DNA of 52,368 nt, taken from the IMG/VR virus record IMGVR_UViG_3300010401_000336, positions 1 to 52,368 of that record; one strand, given 5' to 3'. The notes beneath the pieces were generated by a model that was not told the origin of the DNA, made no database searches, and saw only the letters and a program-made list of their open reading frames with translations. Source of the stretch: a virus. Lineage: Duplodnaviria > Caudoviricetes. This document shows, one piece after another, positions 9,578 to 18,861 of this stretch; the stretch's first letter is position 1; every line of letters starts with the position of its first letter. The position numbers and the translations under genes were made by a program.

Positions 9578-11556
9578 TAGAGCTGGTAGCGGCTGCCGGG
9601 GTTCCAGCCGACGAGCGCGGTGTGCTTGAAGATCTGCCCCATGTTCGCCGCGAGCGTCGCGATGGTCCCGCTCGGGGTGCCCGTCACCGTAGAGATGATC
9701 TTCGCGTTGGCGCTTGAATCACGGTTCTCGATCGCCACGACCATGCCGTCCGTCACTCCCACCTGGCCGAGCGTGTACGTGCGGTCCGCGGAGTTGGTGC
9801 CGGGAACAAACCACACGGTACCGGTCGGCGCGCTCACGTTGGCATTGGCGTCCGGGAGAACCCCGCCGAACTGAGGACCTGCGATCGCGCGCATCGGACC
9901 CGAGCCGCCGAGCTTGCTTCGGCTCGCGCCGAAGAAGTCGAGGGAGTATTGGTCCATGGCGAGGGTGCCTACGGAGGTCTGCACAGTTGCCGCGGGGGTC
10001 AGCACTTGGCTCATCTCGACCCGCGTTGCCGTGCCGGCGCTGAAGGCGCCCCGAATGCGGGAGCCGTCTTTGAGTATGAGGGATGATGCGAGGATTGAGT
10101 CACTTTCGGTACCACGACATGTGACCATCCCGCCGAGCCGAACGTCGACCGTACCCGTGACAAGGCAGTCGTTGAGGAAAAGGTTCGTATTCGCCGAAGT
10201 GTTCTGATTCAGCGCGTTTGAGCCGTTGCCGTTCAGGTAGATGCCGCTGAGGGTGAGCGTCGGAGTGTTGGTCGGGAACCAGCCGATCGCGATGTTCGGT
10301 CGATTCGTGCCAGCGATCGGATACGTGGAATCGCTGAACGCGGCTAGCGTGAGCTGCGAGCTGCCCGTCTGCGTGATGTTGACGACGCCGTAATTGCCAG
10401 GGCTAAGGAGCAAAGTGCCGCCGCCAGCGGGGAGTCCCGCGAGGATAGCGACAATGTTTCCCGGATTGACAATCCAAGTCGCGTTGCTCGAGGCGGTCGG
10501 CCCCATCTGGAGGTAGCCGCTCGGGATGCCTACATTGCCAACGTTGCGCAGATCATTCTGCTGCCAGTCGGCCATGACAGGACTGAACTCATATTCGCCG
10601 ATAGTGGCGATCTTGATCTTGGCGCTCCCGCTCGTCGTCTCAAGCTGAAGCCCGCGCACGCCCTCTGTGCCGCCACCAACGATAACCGTATCAGGCACGT
10701 CACCGGTTGTGTACCTGACCACCGGAACGTCGAATGTGCCCGTCGAGCCGCGCGCAGAAACGAGCGAGGTGGTGCTATATGGCCCGCGAACGAAACCGCT
10801 CTGCGCCGCGCCGGTCGCGCCCTGCGCACCGAATTCGACGCTTCCGCCATCCGAACCAAGGCGCACGTCCTTAGCAAACCCAAGCGTGCCCGCGGTGCCG
10901 ATTGCAAGGTGCCCGCCGGTCACGCCCGTACCAATGGGCAGGCCGACGCCCGTGGGGCCCTGGACTCCCGTGACGCCGGGAGAGCCCTGCGAGCCCTGAA
11001 CGCCGATCGGACCGGTCGGACCGATCTGACCAGTTGGGCCTTGCGGGCCGGTGACGCCCGTGACGCCCTGCGGACCGGTGTTGCCGCGCGGACCGGTTGG
11101 GCCAGTGGGACCCGTGACACCGGGAGAGCCCTGAGGACCAGCGCCAGAGCCAGCTGCACCAGCCGGACCGGTGAGACCTAAGCTGCCCTGCGGACCTTGT
11201 GTGCCGACGGGCCCAACTGCGCCTTGCGGGCCTGTGACGCCTTGGATGCCTTGGATGCCCGTCTGGCCGATTGGGCCCGTCGGGCCAGTCTGACCCTGCG
11301 GACCGGTGACCCCCTGTTGACCGGTGGGACCCACGCTTCCGGTCGGCCCGGTGGGGCCGGGAACGCCGGTGACGCCAATGCTGCCGGTCGGGCCCTGTAC
11401 GCCGTAGGGGCCGGTGGGGCCAGGCGAACCCTGCGGGCCGATAGTTCCCGTGGGGCCGCCAGCGGGGCCTGCTGGGCCCGTGGGGCCGGCGGGACCTGTG
11501 CTGCCGACGGCGGACGCGAGCAGCGCATCAAGGAAGGTGAGTTCGGAAGAAGCCAT
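9577..11556 (-). CDS. Second collagen-like fibre protein with beta-rich C-terminal domains
   Basis: About 190 aa of Gly-X-Y repeats, followed by a beta-helix-like segment ([12 protein letters not shown]) and a terminal PDANANV...RTYTL domain. Confidence 0.85.
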   Translation of the reverse strand: MASSELTFLDALLASAVGSTGPAGPTGPAGPAGGPTGTIGPQGSPGPTGPYGVQGPTGSIGVTGVPGPTGPTGSVGPTGQQGVTGPQGQTGPTGPIGQTGIQGIQGVTGPQGAVGPVGTQGPQGSLGLTGPAGAAGSGAGPQGSPGVTGPTGPTGPRGNTGPQGVTGVTGPQGPTGQIGPTGPIGVQGSQGSPGVTGVQGPTGVGLPIGTGVTGGHLAIGTAGTLGFAKDVRLGSDGGSVEFGAQGATGAAQSGFVRGPYSTTSLVSARGSTGTFDVPVVRYTTGDVPDTVIVGGGTEGVRGLQLETTSGSAKIKIATIGEYEFSPVMADWQQNDLRNVGNVGIPSGYLQMGPTASSNATWIVNPGNIVAILAGLPAGGGTLLLSPGNYGVVNITQTGSSQLTLAAFSDSTYPIAGTNRPNIAIGWFPTNTPTLTLSGIYLNGNGSNALNQNTSANTNLFLNDCLVTGTVDVRLGGMVTCRGTESDSILASSLILKDGSRIRGAFSAGTATRVEMSQVLTPAATVQTSVGTLAMDQYSLDFFGASRSKLGGSGPMRAIAGPQFGGVLPDANANVSAPTGTVWFVPGTNSADRTYTLGQVGVTDGMVVAIENRDSSANAKIISTVTGTPSGTIATLAANMGQIFKHTALVGWNPGSRYQL

Positions 11557-11581
11557 GATCTAGGCGTAAAAGAAGGCTGAC

Positions 11582-11610
11582 TTGCGTGCTGGTCTTTTGC
11601 TGGTCACAAT
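11582..11610 (+). promoter_or_regulatory. Sigma70-type promoter, predicted to give a leaderless mRNA
   Basis: TTGCGT (11582-87), a 17-nt spacer and CACAAT (11605-10). The ATG lies 7 nt downstream at 11617. Confidence 0.65.
11587..11605 (+). promoter_or_regulatory. Direct repeat TGCTGGTC x2 with 11-bp period; candidate RHH operator
   Basis: Exact 8-mers at 11587-94 and 11598-605 fill the promoter spacer. Confidence 0.55.
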
Positions 11611-11616
11611 GAAGAG

Positions 11617-12438
11617 ATGCAAAAGAAACAAGCCGATAAGCTCAAGGTGACGATCGTCATGAACCGCGAAGAAAAGTCCGCACTAGAGAAGCGCGCCAAG
11701 GCCGAGCGGCTCTCATTGTCCGCCCTGGTCCGTCGTTTTGCGGTTGGGCTCGCCGCTCTGGCCCTGGTTGCCTGCGGCTCCGACTTCAGTTCGCAAAAAA
11801 CCGCTGGCGGGATTGGTGGCGGTGCGGGAATTGGCACTAGCGGAACCGCCGGCATGCCAGCCGACAACGGCGGCTCACCCGATGCGCCAGCGGTTGGCGA
11901 GGGGCACCTGTGCAACGACAAGGTGGCTTGCGATGCTGGTCTCTTCTGCGATGGCGACGGGAAGTGCTCGCTTCAGTCAGAACTCGGGGGCGCCTGCTCG
12001 ACCGCGGCCGAGTGCGTTAGCGGCCACTGTGTGGACGAGCAATGCGCCGCGCCGGTCGCGCCCTACGACGGACCCCCGTGGGTTGATTGCTCGGGGTCGG
12101 CCATCGTTGCTCGCGGATTTTCCGCACTCTGGAGCGAAGTTAGTTTCTCTGTTACCGCTGCTAGCCATGGCCCCGACTGGTCACTGATGACACTGGTTCC
12201 CACCATCAACGGCGAGCTACCACCGCTAATTAGTACCAATAAATCTAGATCAATGGACTCCGCCAACCAGACCCTTACGTTCACCCTGTCCTCCCCGCTA
12301 GACCCCTCGTTCGCTCCGTCTGATCTGATCGAAGTGGGGATCGGGTGGAGTCCAAGAGAGGCCGGAAACATCGTCGATGTGTCCCCGTCGGCTTGCTCGG
12401 CCCTTGTGAATGGCGAGAAACTGGCCGCGTGGCCCTAG
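11617..12438 (+). CDS. Ribbon-helix-helix domain fused to a lipoprotein signal peptide and a Cys-rich exported domain
   Basis: KVTIVMNREEKSALEKRAKAERLSLSALVRR (RHH pattern) runs into FAVGLAALALVA-C (lipobox). A Gly-rich linker and Cys-rich repeats (CSTAAECVSGHCVDEQC) follow. This is the only convincing plus-strand gene. Confidence 0.8.
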   Translation: MQKKQADKLKVTIVMNREEKSALEKRAKAERLSLSALVRRFAVGLAALALVACGSDFSSQKTAGGIGGGAGIGTSGTAGMPADNGGSPDAPAVGEGHLCNDKVACDAGLFCDGDGKCSLQSELGGACSTAAECVSGHCVDEQCAAPVAPYDGPPWVDCSGSAIVARGFSALWSEVSFSVTAASHGPDWSLMTLVPTINGELPPLISTNKSRSMDSANQTLTFTLSSPLDPSFAPSDLIEVGIGWSPREAGNIVDVSPSACSALVNGEKLAAWP

Positions 12439-13607
12439 CTGCCTACAGCGATAGATCGCCAAGTGGATCCAATGCGCACAAACCATGTCCAGGAAGTCCT
12501 ACCGGCAGAGGCGGGTCCGAGTGTAACACTATCCCCAGTTTCTCCCTGAACCGTAAGCAGGCTAGTGGTGTCTGCGGTAGAAACTATTATCTCGTCGCCT
12601 GAGACGGATCCTGAATCTTGCAATATGTATGTACGATGTCCACCAAGGCCAGCGACGGGTACATATACAAGATTTGTGGCTGTGACGTAGACGCTAGTAT
12701 TGGAATCTGGGCCAATGGTGGGCTTTAGAACTATTCGACCAGATGTCCCGAACATTACAGGCGTCACGACTAGCGCATTGATCGTCAAGGAATCGCTCGC
12801 CGAGCTCCCGATCTCCGTATCCCCGTGCAGCCCCACGTCCCCGAAGAACGTGGTGGTGTCGTGGATCTCGTTATCCCCCGCGCCGCCGTCGACCACGAGG
12901 TTGCCGCCGAGGTGGGTGTTCCCGCCCACCGTGAGGTCATCGTTGCAGAAGATGTGGCCGTTGACGTTGTGCTCGGCTGTCGAGTTATTGCCAAGTTCAG
13001 TGCTCCCGGCGACGTTCACGTCTGCGAAGAAGTCGGCATTCCCGGATACGCGGAGGGGGTCGCCCACGGTGAAGGTGAACCCTGAGCCCGGGTTGCCGAT
13101 CTGCGAGTTGCCCCCGGTGATTACTGCTCCGCCGTTGCCGACAAGCTGATCGATAACAGTAAGATTGTGCCCCGCCACCACGTCGTCGTGCACGCTGAGC
13201 AGCGCGAACAAGTCCGTGGTGCCGTTCACCACCAGCGCGTCCGTGCCGGTGTTGCCTACGGTCAGGAGGTCGCCGGTGAAGCGGGCGTTGTTGGCGGCGC
13301 AGCTGAAGTCCGCGTCGCTGTGGATCGCCAGCTTGGCCCCGGAAATGTCGACGTCCCGGTTGACCGTCTGGGCGATGTTCCAGGTGACCGAGCCGCCTGC
13401 GTCGTTGAGAACGATGGGGCCGGTGATGCTGCTCGTCTTCCCGCGGTCGTCGAAGGCTTGGTGGGAGACCTGGGTATTGACGTAGAGCGCCGTATCAGCC
13501 AGGGCCTCGAAGGCGACGTTCACGCTCTCGGCGATCGCCGGATCGCCGTCACTCGGGAACACGTAGCTCGCGTGTAGCGTATTTACTGGGGCGTAGGTGA
13601 AGGGCAT
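12435..13607 (-). CDS. Tail fibre protein
   Basis: Follows the baseplate wedge genes. N-terminal anchor-like AESVNVAFEALADTALY, then Gly/Asn/Val beta repeats. Confidence 0.7.
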   Translation of the reverse strand: MPFTYAPVNTLHASYVFPSDGDPAIAESVNVAFEALADTALYVNTQVSHQAFDDRGKTSSITGPIVLNDAGGSVTWNIAQTVNRDVDISGAKLAIHSDADFSCAANNARFTGDLLTVGNTGTDALVVNGTTDLFALLSVHDDVVAGHNLTVIDQLVGNGGAVITGGNSQIGNPGSGFTFTVGDPLRVSGNADFFADVNVAGSTELGNNSTAEHNVNGHIFCNDDLTVGGNTHLGGNLVVDGGAGDNEIHDTTTFFGDVGLHGDTEIGSSASDSLTINALVVTPVMFGTSGRIVLKPTIGPDSNTSVYVTATNLVYVPVAGLGGHRTYILQDSGSVSGDEIIVSTADTTSLLTVQGETGDSVTLGPASAGRTSWTWFVRIGSTWRSIAVGS

Positions 13608-13610
13608 GGG

Positions 13611-14450
13611 CTAAACGCCGTCCAAGTAGAAAGTAGAGGGGATCCCGGCACGGTTGAAGTAGTTGCCCCATGTGCCGTTCGGATGGCCCGGGGTATTCGT
13701 GCTCGGATCAAAGAGCGTCGTATCGCCGGTCACGATGACGCCGCCGAAGCGCGAGGCATGCGAGCCGGCTGCCTTCCACTGAGCGATGAGGTTGTGTGCA
13801 TCGACCGCAAAGTTCTCGGTGAAGTTTTCTTCATAGCCCCAGCTCTGGCCTCCGCCCCAGAAGTGACCATCACCCCAGAACCAGGGGGTGAACCCCTCAT
13901 TTCGGTAGATGATGATCCAGAAGCGCACTTGGTCCGTCTGACCGTCCCAGTTCCAGTTGCTAGACAAGAGGCCAGCGCCCGCCGGATTGAGATACCTCTG
14001 ATAGCTGAGCACGCCGTTTTGGATCGTCCACCAGTCGGCGAAGAAGCGGCCGTTCTGATTCGTACCGTTCACCACGTAGCGGATGACCGGCGCGTTCGGG
14101 GAGAAGTAGGCGGCGAGTTCGGTGAGCAACGTTGGGGCATTGCCCGCGAACTTCCACGTCTGGAAGGCATGGCGGAGTCGTGGCCCGTAAGCCTCGTCGC
14201 TTTCACGGAATCCGCGCAGGATCTTGCGGTCGGCGCCGATGAAACGCAGCGCCTCGCTCTGGCACTTGCCAGGGAATCGCTGGATGACGCCGAGCCGCAG
14301 GTACTCGGCGAGGCAGTCGAAGATGATGCCGATGGCCGAGTAGGTGAACCGGTAGCCCTGGTCTCCGGCAAGCCACGGGGGGCTAAACTCCTGGACGGAG
14401 CCCCGGAAGACCGAGGTCGCCGGGACCGGCTGCATGCTCGGATCACTCAT
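13611..14450 (-). CDS. Baseplate wedge protein (tail protein I/gp48-like position)
   Basis: Directly after baseplate J; contains GFRESDEAYGPRL and Trp-Gly repeats. Confidence 0.6.
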   Translation of the reverse strand: MSDPSMQPVPATSVFRGSVQEFSPPWLAGDQGYRFTYSAIGIIFDCLAEYLRLGVIQRFPGKCQSEALRFIGADRKILRGFRESDEAYGPRLRHAFQTWKFAGNAPTLLTELAAYFSPNAPVIRYVVNGTNQNGRFFADWWTIQNGVLSYQRYLNPAGAGLLSSNWNWDGQTDQVRFWIIIYRNEGFTPWFWGDGHFWGGGQSWGYEENFTENFAVDAHNLIAQWKAAGSHASRFGGVIVTGDTTLFDPSTNTPGHPNGTWGNYFNRAGIPSTFYLDGV

Positions 14451-15592
14451 GAGGCCAGCGTCAGCGTGATGGTCCCCAGCACCGCAACTTGGTTCACGTC
14501 AAGCCCCACGTCGGTACTAGGCGTAGTGAGCACGGCACGGACAATATCTGGTGACGCCTCGAACATCTGGCCGATGATCGCCGAGGTGAAGATGAACCCG
14601 CCCCCCGCCTGGTATCCACCGATCGGTGACAACCCAAAGTAGCTGATCAGCTTGTCAGTGATGAGCGTGGTCACCTCGGCAATGCTGAGCGACGACGTGC
14701 GGGTCAAGTAGATCGTGGCGGCAATGTTGACCGTGACGGCCGTGGCATTCACGGTGACCGCGGTGAACCCTGTCGGAACGCAGTTCAGCTGGATCGCGGT
14801 GTTCACGTCGGCCAAATCCCCGGCGTCGACCGGACCAGCCGCGTTCGCCACGTACACGATGACCGTGCCGTTGCCCTGGTCGAGGTTCGTCCTGGTGACC
14901 CCGATGTTGGAACCGTCGCTCGAGCGGACGGCGGTCTTGGCGAAGTAGTTGTAGGCGTCGCTCGGGCCGTTCGGTGAGGCCTTGGCCAATGATTCGCGAC
15001 AACGCACACGGAGCAGCGCGTCGCTCTCGGCGTCGTTTCCGACGAGCACGTCAAGGTTGGCCCCGGTGACCCCAAAGAGCGGGGTGACGATGCCGCTGAT
15101 TTCCCCGATGGCCGCGTTTGATGCGGATCCCGCTTCGTCGGCCTGGATGGTCAGGTCTAGAGTCTGCGGGGTGATGTTGCCGGGGGCGAGTGTGCCGCCC
15201 GTGGTGCACGTGTAGGTCTTGCCGCTTCGCGTGTTGTAGAAGCGCATGTCCCCCGCGTTCAGGGGATAGCTCACCGCGGCCACGCTGGTCAGCCGCAGTG
15301 TGCACGTGCCGAACGTCGCCTCCTCGCGTGTGACCTCGTAGAGCTGGAAGGCAAGGAGGGTGAGCCAGTCGCCCTCCGCATAGTCCAGCAGTCCGCCACT
15401 CGCGGCTACGACAGACGCGACGGAGAAGTTGGAGCCGGTCTGAGCGCAGATCTCCAGCAACTCACGGCCAACGCTTCCTGATTGCCATGCAGTGATCGGT
15501 AGCTCGACGGCTGCGGCAACCTCGAGGATTACCGCGAGCACTTCCTCGCGCGACTTCGCCGCGTAGAGCTGCGTAAGGGTGGGGACGCTCAT
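14447..15592 (-). CDS. Baseplate J/gp47 family protein
   Basis: AEGDWLTLLA, IQADEAGSASN and GNDAESDALLRVRC...NGPSDAYNY motifs. Confidence 0.9.
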   Translation of the reverse strand: MSVPTLTQLYAAKSREEVLAVILEVAAAVELPITAWQSGSVGRELLEICAQTGSNFSVASVVAASGGLLDYAEGDWLTLLAFQLYEVTREEATFGTCTLRLTSVAAVSYPLNAGDMRFYNTRSGKTYTCTTGGTLAPGNITPQTLDLTIQADEAGSASNAAIGEISGIVTPLFGVTGANLDVLVGNDAESDALLRVRCRESLAKASPNGPSDAYNYFAKTAVRSSDGSNIGVTRTNLDQGNGTVIVYVANAAGPVDAGDLADVNTAIQLNCVPTGFTAVTVNATAVTVNIAATIYLTRTSSLSIAEVTTLITDKLISYFGLSPIGGYQAGGGFIFTSAIIGQMFEASPDIVRAVLTTPSTDVGLDVNQVAVLGTITLTLAS

Positions 15593-15975
15593 GAGCGGAG
15601 CAACTCAACGGTCACCGAGCTGACCGCGATCGTGAGATTGAACGGGCCCTGCGAGCCAGTGCCCGTGATGGCCAGCGTGAGCAGATTGGTCAGAGGGTCG
15701 AAAGAGGCGGACACGGTGGCCGAGAAGATGCGCTGGTCGCCGAGCAACGCCGCGGCGCACTGGCCACCGATGCGTGGCAGATCCTTCGGCGTGATCCCGG
15801 TGCTCAAGAAGTCGCGAGCGTCGAGCGTGTTGTCTATGGGGTTCGAGAGGAGCAGTCCGGGTCGGCAGAACAGCCGCCTGAGGCACACCTGGCCCATCAG
15901 CTCGGAACCGGACACGTCCCTCAGAAGCGGGTCTAGATCAGTGTCACAGCTGAGGTCGACTCCGTAGTCGGTCAT
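15589..15975 (-). CDS. Baseplate gpW/gp25/gp46-like protein
   Basis: 128 aa directly before baseplate J; contains YGVDLSC...VSGSELMGQVCLRRL...DQRI. Confidence 0.65.
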   Translation of the reverse strand: MTDYGVDLSCDTDLDPLLRDVSGSELMGQVCLRRLFCRPGLLLSNPIDNTLDARDFLSTGITPKDLPRIGGQCAAALLGDQRIFSATVSASFDPLTNLLTLAITGTGSQGPFNLTIAVSSVTVELLRS

Positions 15976-17342
15976 GCGGCCACCAGGAAAATCTCTCGGT
16001 GTGCAGCCGTCGCAGCCGCATTCGCGGAGCTCACCATCTGTGCGGTCATGACCACGAGCTCGGCGGGACCGATCCCGCTGGCCGCAGTGACCGAATTGAT
16101 GGCCGCCCCGAGCCCAGATAGCGGCCCCGAGTAGCTGAAGGCGAAGGCGCCCGTCGTATCCAGGCTGCCCTTCATATCGTGATAGGTGCCCAGCGCCGGA
16201 GTGGCCGCCAGGGAGGCGGACAGCATTGCCTGGTAGCAGGCGTCGAGCTTCGCAGTGATTTGCGCGAACAGGCCGATCAAGAAGTCGAGCTTTGCCTGGA
16301 TGCTAGCGGAGACAGACGCGGAGGCATCGAGTTGGATGCTCAGCGCGATCGTCGGGTCGAGCGAGAAGGTGATGCCAGCGATGGCCTCGATGAGAAGCGC
16401 GATGTAGGCCGATGGGTCGTGAATTGTGATCTCTAGCTGCGCCTGAAGAGCCAGCGCCGCCTCGAGCTGGGCCCGGAGATCCGCGGTTGCCGCCGCCTCC
16501 GCCTCGGCCATCAGCTCCAGGACTTCGATGAGGCACGAGACGTGTTCTAAGATTTCGTCCCGCAGCGACTGGAGTTCTGTGCCGACAGTCAGGAATGCCG
16601 CGGAGGCGCCCGGGATCGTCTGGCTGACGTCGATGTTGCCGACGATGTTGGCCGGCAGTGGATCACCAAAGATGGCCGCTTGGGCTGCCTTGGCCGCCGA
16701 ATCCGCGTCCCGCACCAGCTGGACCGTGACGACCACGTTGCGGTTTGTGGATAGGCCTGTCGTGGCAGCCTGAGCGTCAAGGGCGGTGCCGAGACCAGCT
16801 AGCGCACCGGCGAAGGTGAACGCGTAGATCCCGCCGACCGCTAGGAGCGCCTTGGTTTGCTGGAAGTCTCCGATGACCGGAAACTCTGCGGCCGCGATGC
16901 CGAGCAGAGATACGTAGCAGGCGTTTAGGACGACCGTGATCGCCGCGAAGGCCGCCACAATCAACTCGATCTTCAGCTGCAATTCCAGGATGACCGCCAA
17001 CACCATCGTGAGCTGAATGCTCAGCGTGATGTCCGGGAGTAGCAGCTCGATGCTCGCGAGCAGCGCGATGCGCGCCTCGATCAGCGCGTCGATGTAGACC
17101 GACGGGAGCGTGAGCCCCAGTTGCAGGTTGAAGTTCAGCGCAATGTCTAGCTGGATGCTGAGCCCGAGCGTCGCGGTGAGCTGAAGCCCAACCATCCCCG
17201 AGAGCGCCTCGAGAAAGCAGGGGATGTGGAGGACTACCTCGTCGCGCAGAACCTCCAGTCCAAGCCCGGTTTCATTGAGCGCGCTCGCGAGTCCGGGGAT
17301 ACAGGCGCCAAACTTGACGGCGCCGAGATACGTGGCCGGCAA
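15972..17342 (-). CDS. Very hydrophobic protein made of two tandem ~225-aa repeats; function unknown
   Basis: The halves align: CIPG/TIPG, LRDEV/LRDEI, PSVYI/PSAYI, LSIQL, ACY, YAFTFAG/FAFSYSG, AIFG/EIFL. Confidence 0.75.
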   Translation of the reverse strand: MPATYLGAVKFGACIPGLASALNETGLGLEVLRDEVVLHIPCFLEALSGMVGLQLTATLGLSIQLDIALNFNLQLGLTLPSVYIDALIEARIALLASIELLLPDITLSIQLTMVLAVILELQLKIELIVAAFAAITVVLNACYVSLLGIAAAEFPVIGDFQQTKALLAVGGIYAFTFAGALAGLGTALDAQAATTGLSTNRNVVVTVQLVRDADSAAKAAQAAIFGDPLPANIVGNIDVSQTIPGASAAFLTVGTELQSLRDEILEHVSCLIEVLELMAEAEAAATADLRAQLEAALALQAQLEITIHDPSAYIALLIEAIAGITFSLDPTIALSIQLDASASVSASIQAKLDFLIGLFAQITAKLDACYQAMLSASLAATPALGTYHDMKGSLDTTGAFAFSYSGPLSGLGAAINSVTAASGIGPAELVVMTAQMVSSANAAATAAHREIFLVAA

Positions 17343-17361
17343 TGCAACTCAAAGCTCTCGT

Positions 17362-17946
17362 CTAGGCGATCTTCACAGACGGCGAGCCGGTGGAGATCAG
17401 CGCCGGCCAGCTACCGGTAGGCGGGAATACCGGCGGGGGCGCGGTCGCCGTGCTCAAGCTGACGAAGTAGGGAACGCCGGTCATCATGGGGCTCGGCGGG
17501 GGCGTCCCGGTGTCTCCCGCGGGGCTCACCGCGAAGCTGATGGTGAGGCCGAGGCTCGGCATGATCACCATGTCGCCCTGTCTACCGGCCGCCTGCTTTG
17601 CCGTCTCACCGATCTCGATGTTCCCGTCTGCCCGAAGCTTGGCTTTCCCGAACAGGACGAGCTGGTCGAGGTTTGCCAGATATGGCGCCGAGGGATCTGC
17701 TGACTCAAAGCCGAGCATGACGCTTGTGCCAGGCTTCAGCTCGATCTTCCACGGCGAGCGGATTGGCACCTTGGCCACCGCCGGCAGTCCGTACTTGCTC
17801 ACGCTCGGCTGACCGTCGAACGTCTGCGCGTCGTAATCGCAGGCGGTTACCGCGTACCGGTGTTGTCCGAGGAACTTCAGATTTGGCAGCTCCTCTGCCA
17901 GCAAAGCCTTGAAAGCCGCGCGGAAGCGATCAACCAGTTCAGCCAC
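17362..17946 (-). CDS. Baseplate spike (gpV/gp45-like)
   Basis: OB-fold-like LKPGTSVMLGFESADPSAPY, AAGRQGD, and terminal ISTGSPSVKIA. Confidence 0.7.
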   Translation of the reverse strand: MAELVDRFRAAFKALLAEELPNLKFLGQHRYAVTACDYDAQTFDGQPSVSKYGLPAVAKVPIRSPWKIELKPGTSVMLGFESADPSAPYLANLDQLVLFGKAKLRADGNIEIGETAKQAAGRQGDMVIMPSLGLTISFAVSPAGDTGTPPPSPMMTGVPYFVSLSTATAPPPVFPPTGSWPALISTGSPSVKIA

Positions 17947-18214
17947 CCATCACCTCAATCGTCGCCCGCGCCTTCCGTGTCCCCGATGCGTTCTGGACTC
18001 GCAGGATGAGCCTGGCAGCCTTCTCGATCTTTACGTCGAGCTCGTGCGCAAGGCTTGGCCGAGTTGACCCGACTTCGCCGCTCGGCGATTCGCAGTGCAA
18101 GCTGACCGCCAAGTTGCTGGTCGCCTTGAAGCGGGCGCCACGTGAGCCTTCGCGTGTCCAGACGACAAGCGAGCGCCCGGGGCGAATGGTTACCTCGAGC
18201 GTCAAGCTGCCCAA
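17939..18214 (-). CDS. Hypothetical protein in tail cluster
   Basis: Fills the gap between two tail genes with short overlaps. Confidence 0.4.
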   Translation of the reverse strand: MGSLTLEVTIRPGRSLVVWTREGSRGARFKATSNLAVSLHCESPSGEVGSTRPSLAHELDVKIEKAARLILRVQNASGTRKARATIEVMGG

Positions 18215-18861
18215 ATCTCAGTTCGCAGTCGCTCCGGGCTCAGCCGATGCACGACTCCAGATATCTGAAACACGCCAGAGCCAAGCACGGGCGCCGAGAA
18301 CTTTGCGCCTGGCACCCAATCCTCGGGGATGTCCGTGGCAATCGGGAAGCGGCCCAGATTCGGGGCCACGTTTTCGCTCACCACGTCGAAGCGGCTGGAA
18401 ATTGTTGGGGTCGCCCGGTCGCCAACGCGCGTCGATCCGTCGGGCTGCACATACCAGGACGGGCAGAGCTGGTTCAGCGCCCGGCACGCCGGTCCGTTCT
18501 CGCGTGTGAAGAACACGCCGATCGTTTGATCAGCATCAACCGTGATGGTCTCGCCGCACGCTGAGGCCGCGTCGGTCAGTATGGGGGTCAGCTTGATCCC
18601 GTGCGGGTTGTTGTAAAAGCGCTGGCCGATGATCTTGCGCCAGCCGCCCTTGCCGCCGACGATGCGAAGGGATCCCGTGCCCGAGAAGTCACCGCGACGG
18701 AAGACGGCGCCGACGAGAGTTAGCCCGGCCAGCGCGAGCGTGACCGACGTGTCCGAGAATTCGATCACGTCGTCCAGCGTGGCGTCAGCTGTCCACAGCC
18801 CTCGCGCGGGGATGACCAGCTCGAGTTTCGTGCACCGGGCGCCGTTGATTGAGCAGAACAT
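18202..18861 (-). CDS. Baseplate hub/tail protein
   Basis: Lies between tape measure and spike; contains IPARGLWTAD and WYVQPDG. Confidence 0.6.
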   Translation of the reverse strand: MFCSINGARCTKLELVIPARGLWTADATLDDVIEFSDTSVTLALAGLTLVGAVFRRGDFSGTGSLRIVGGKGGWRKIIGQRFYNNPHGIKLTPILTDAASACGETITVDADQTIGVFFTRENGPACRALNQLCPSWYVQPDGSTRVGDRATPTISSRFDVVSENVAPNLGRFPIATDIPEDWVPGAKFSAPVLGSGVFQISGVVHRLSPERLRTEIWAA

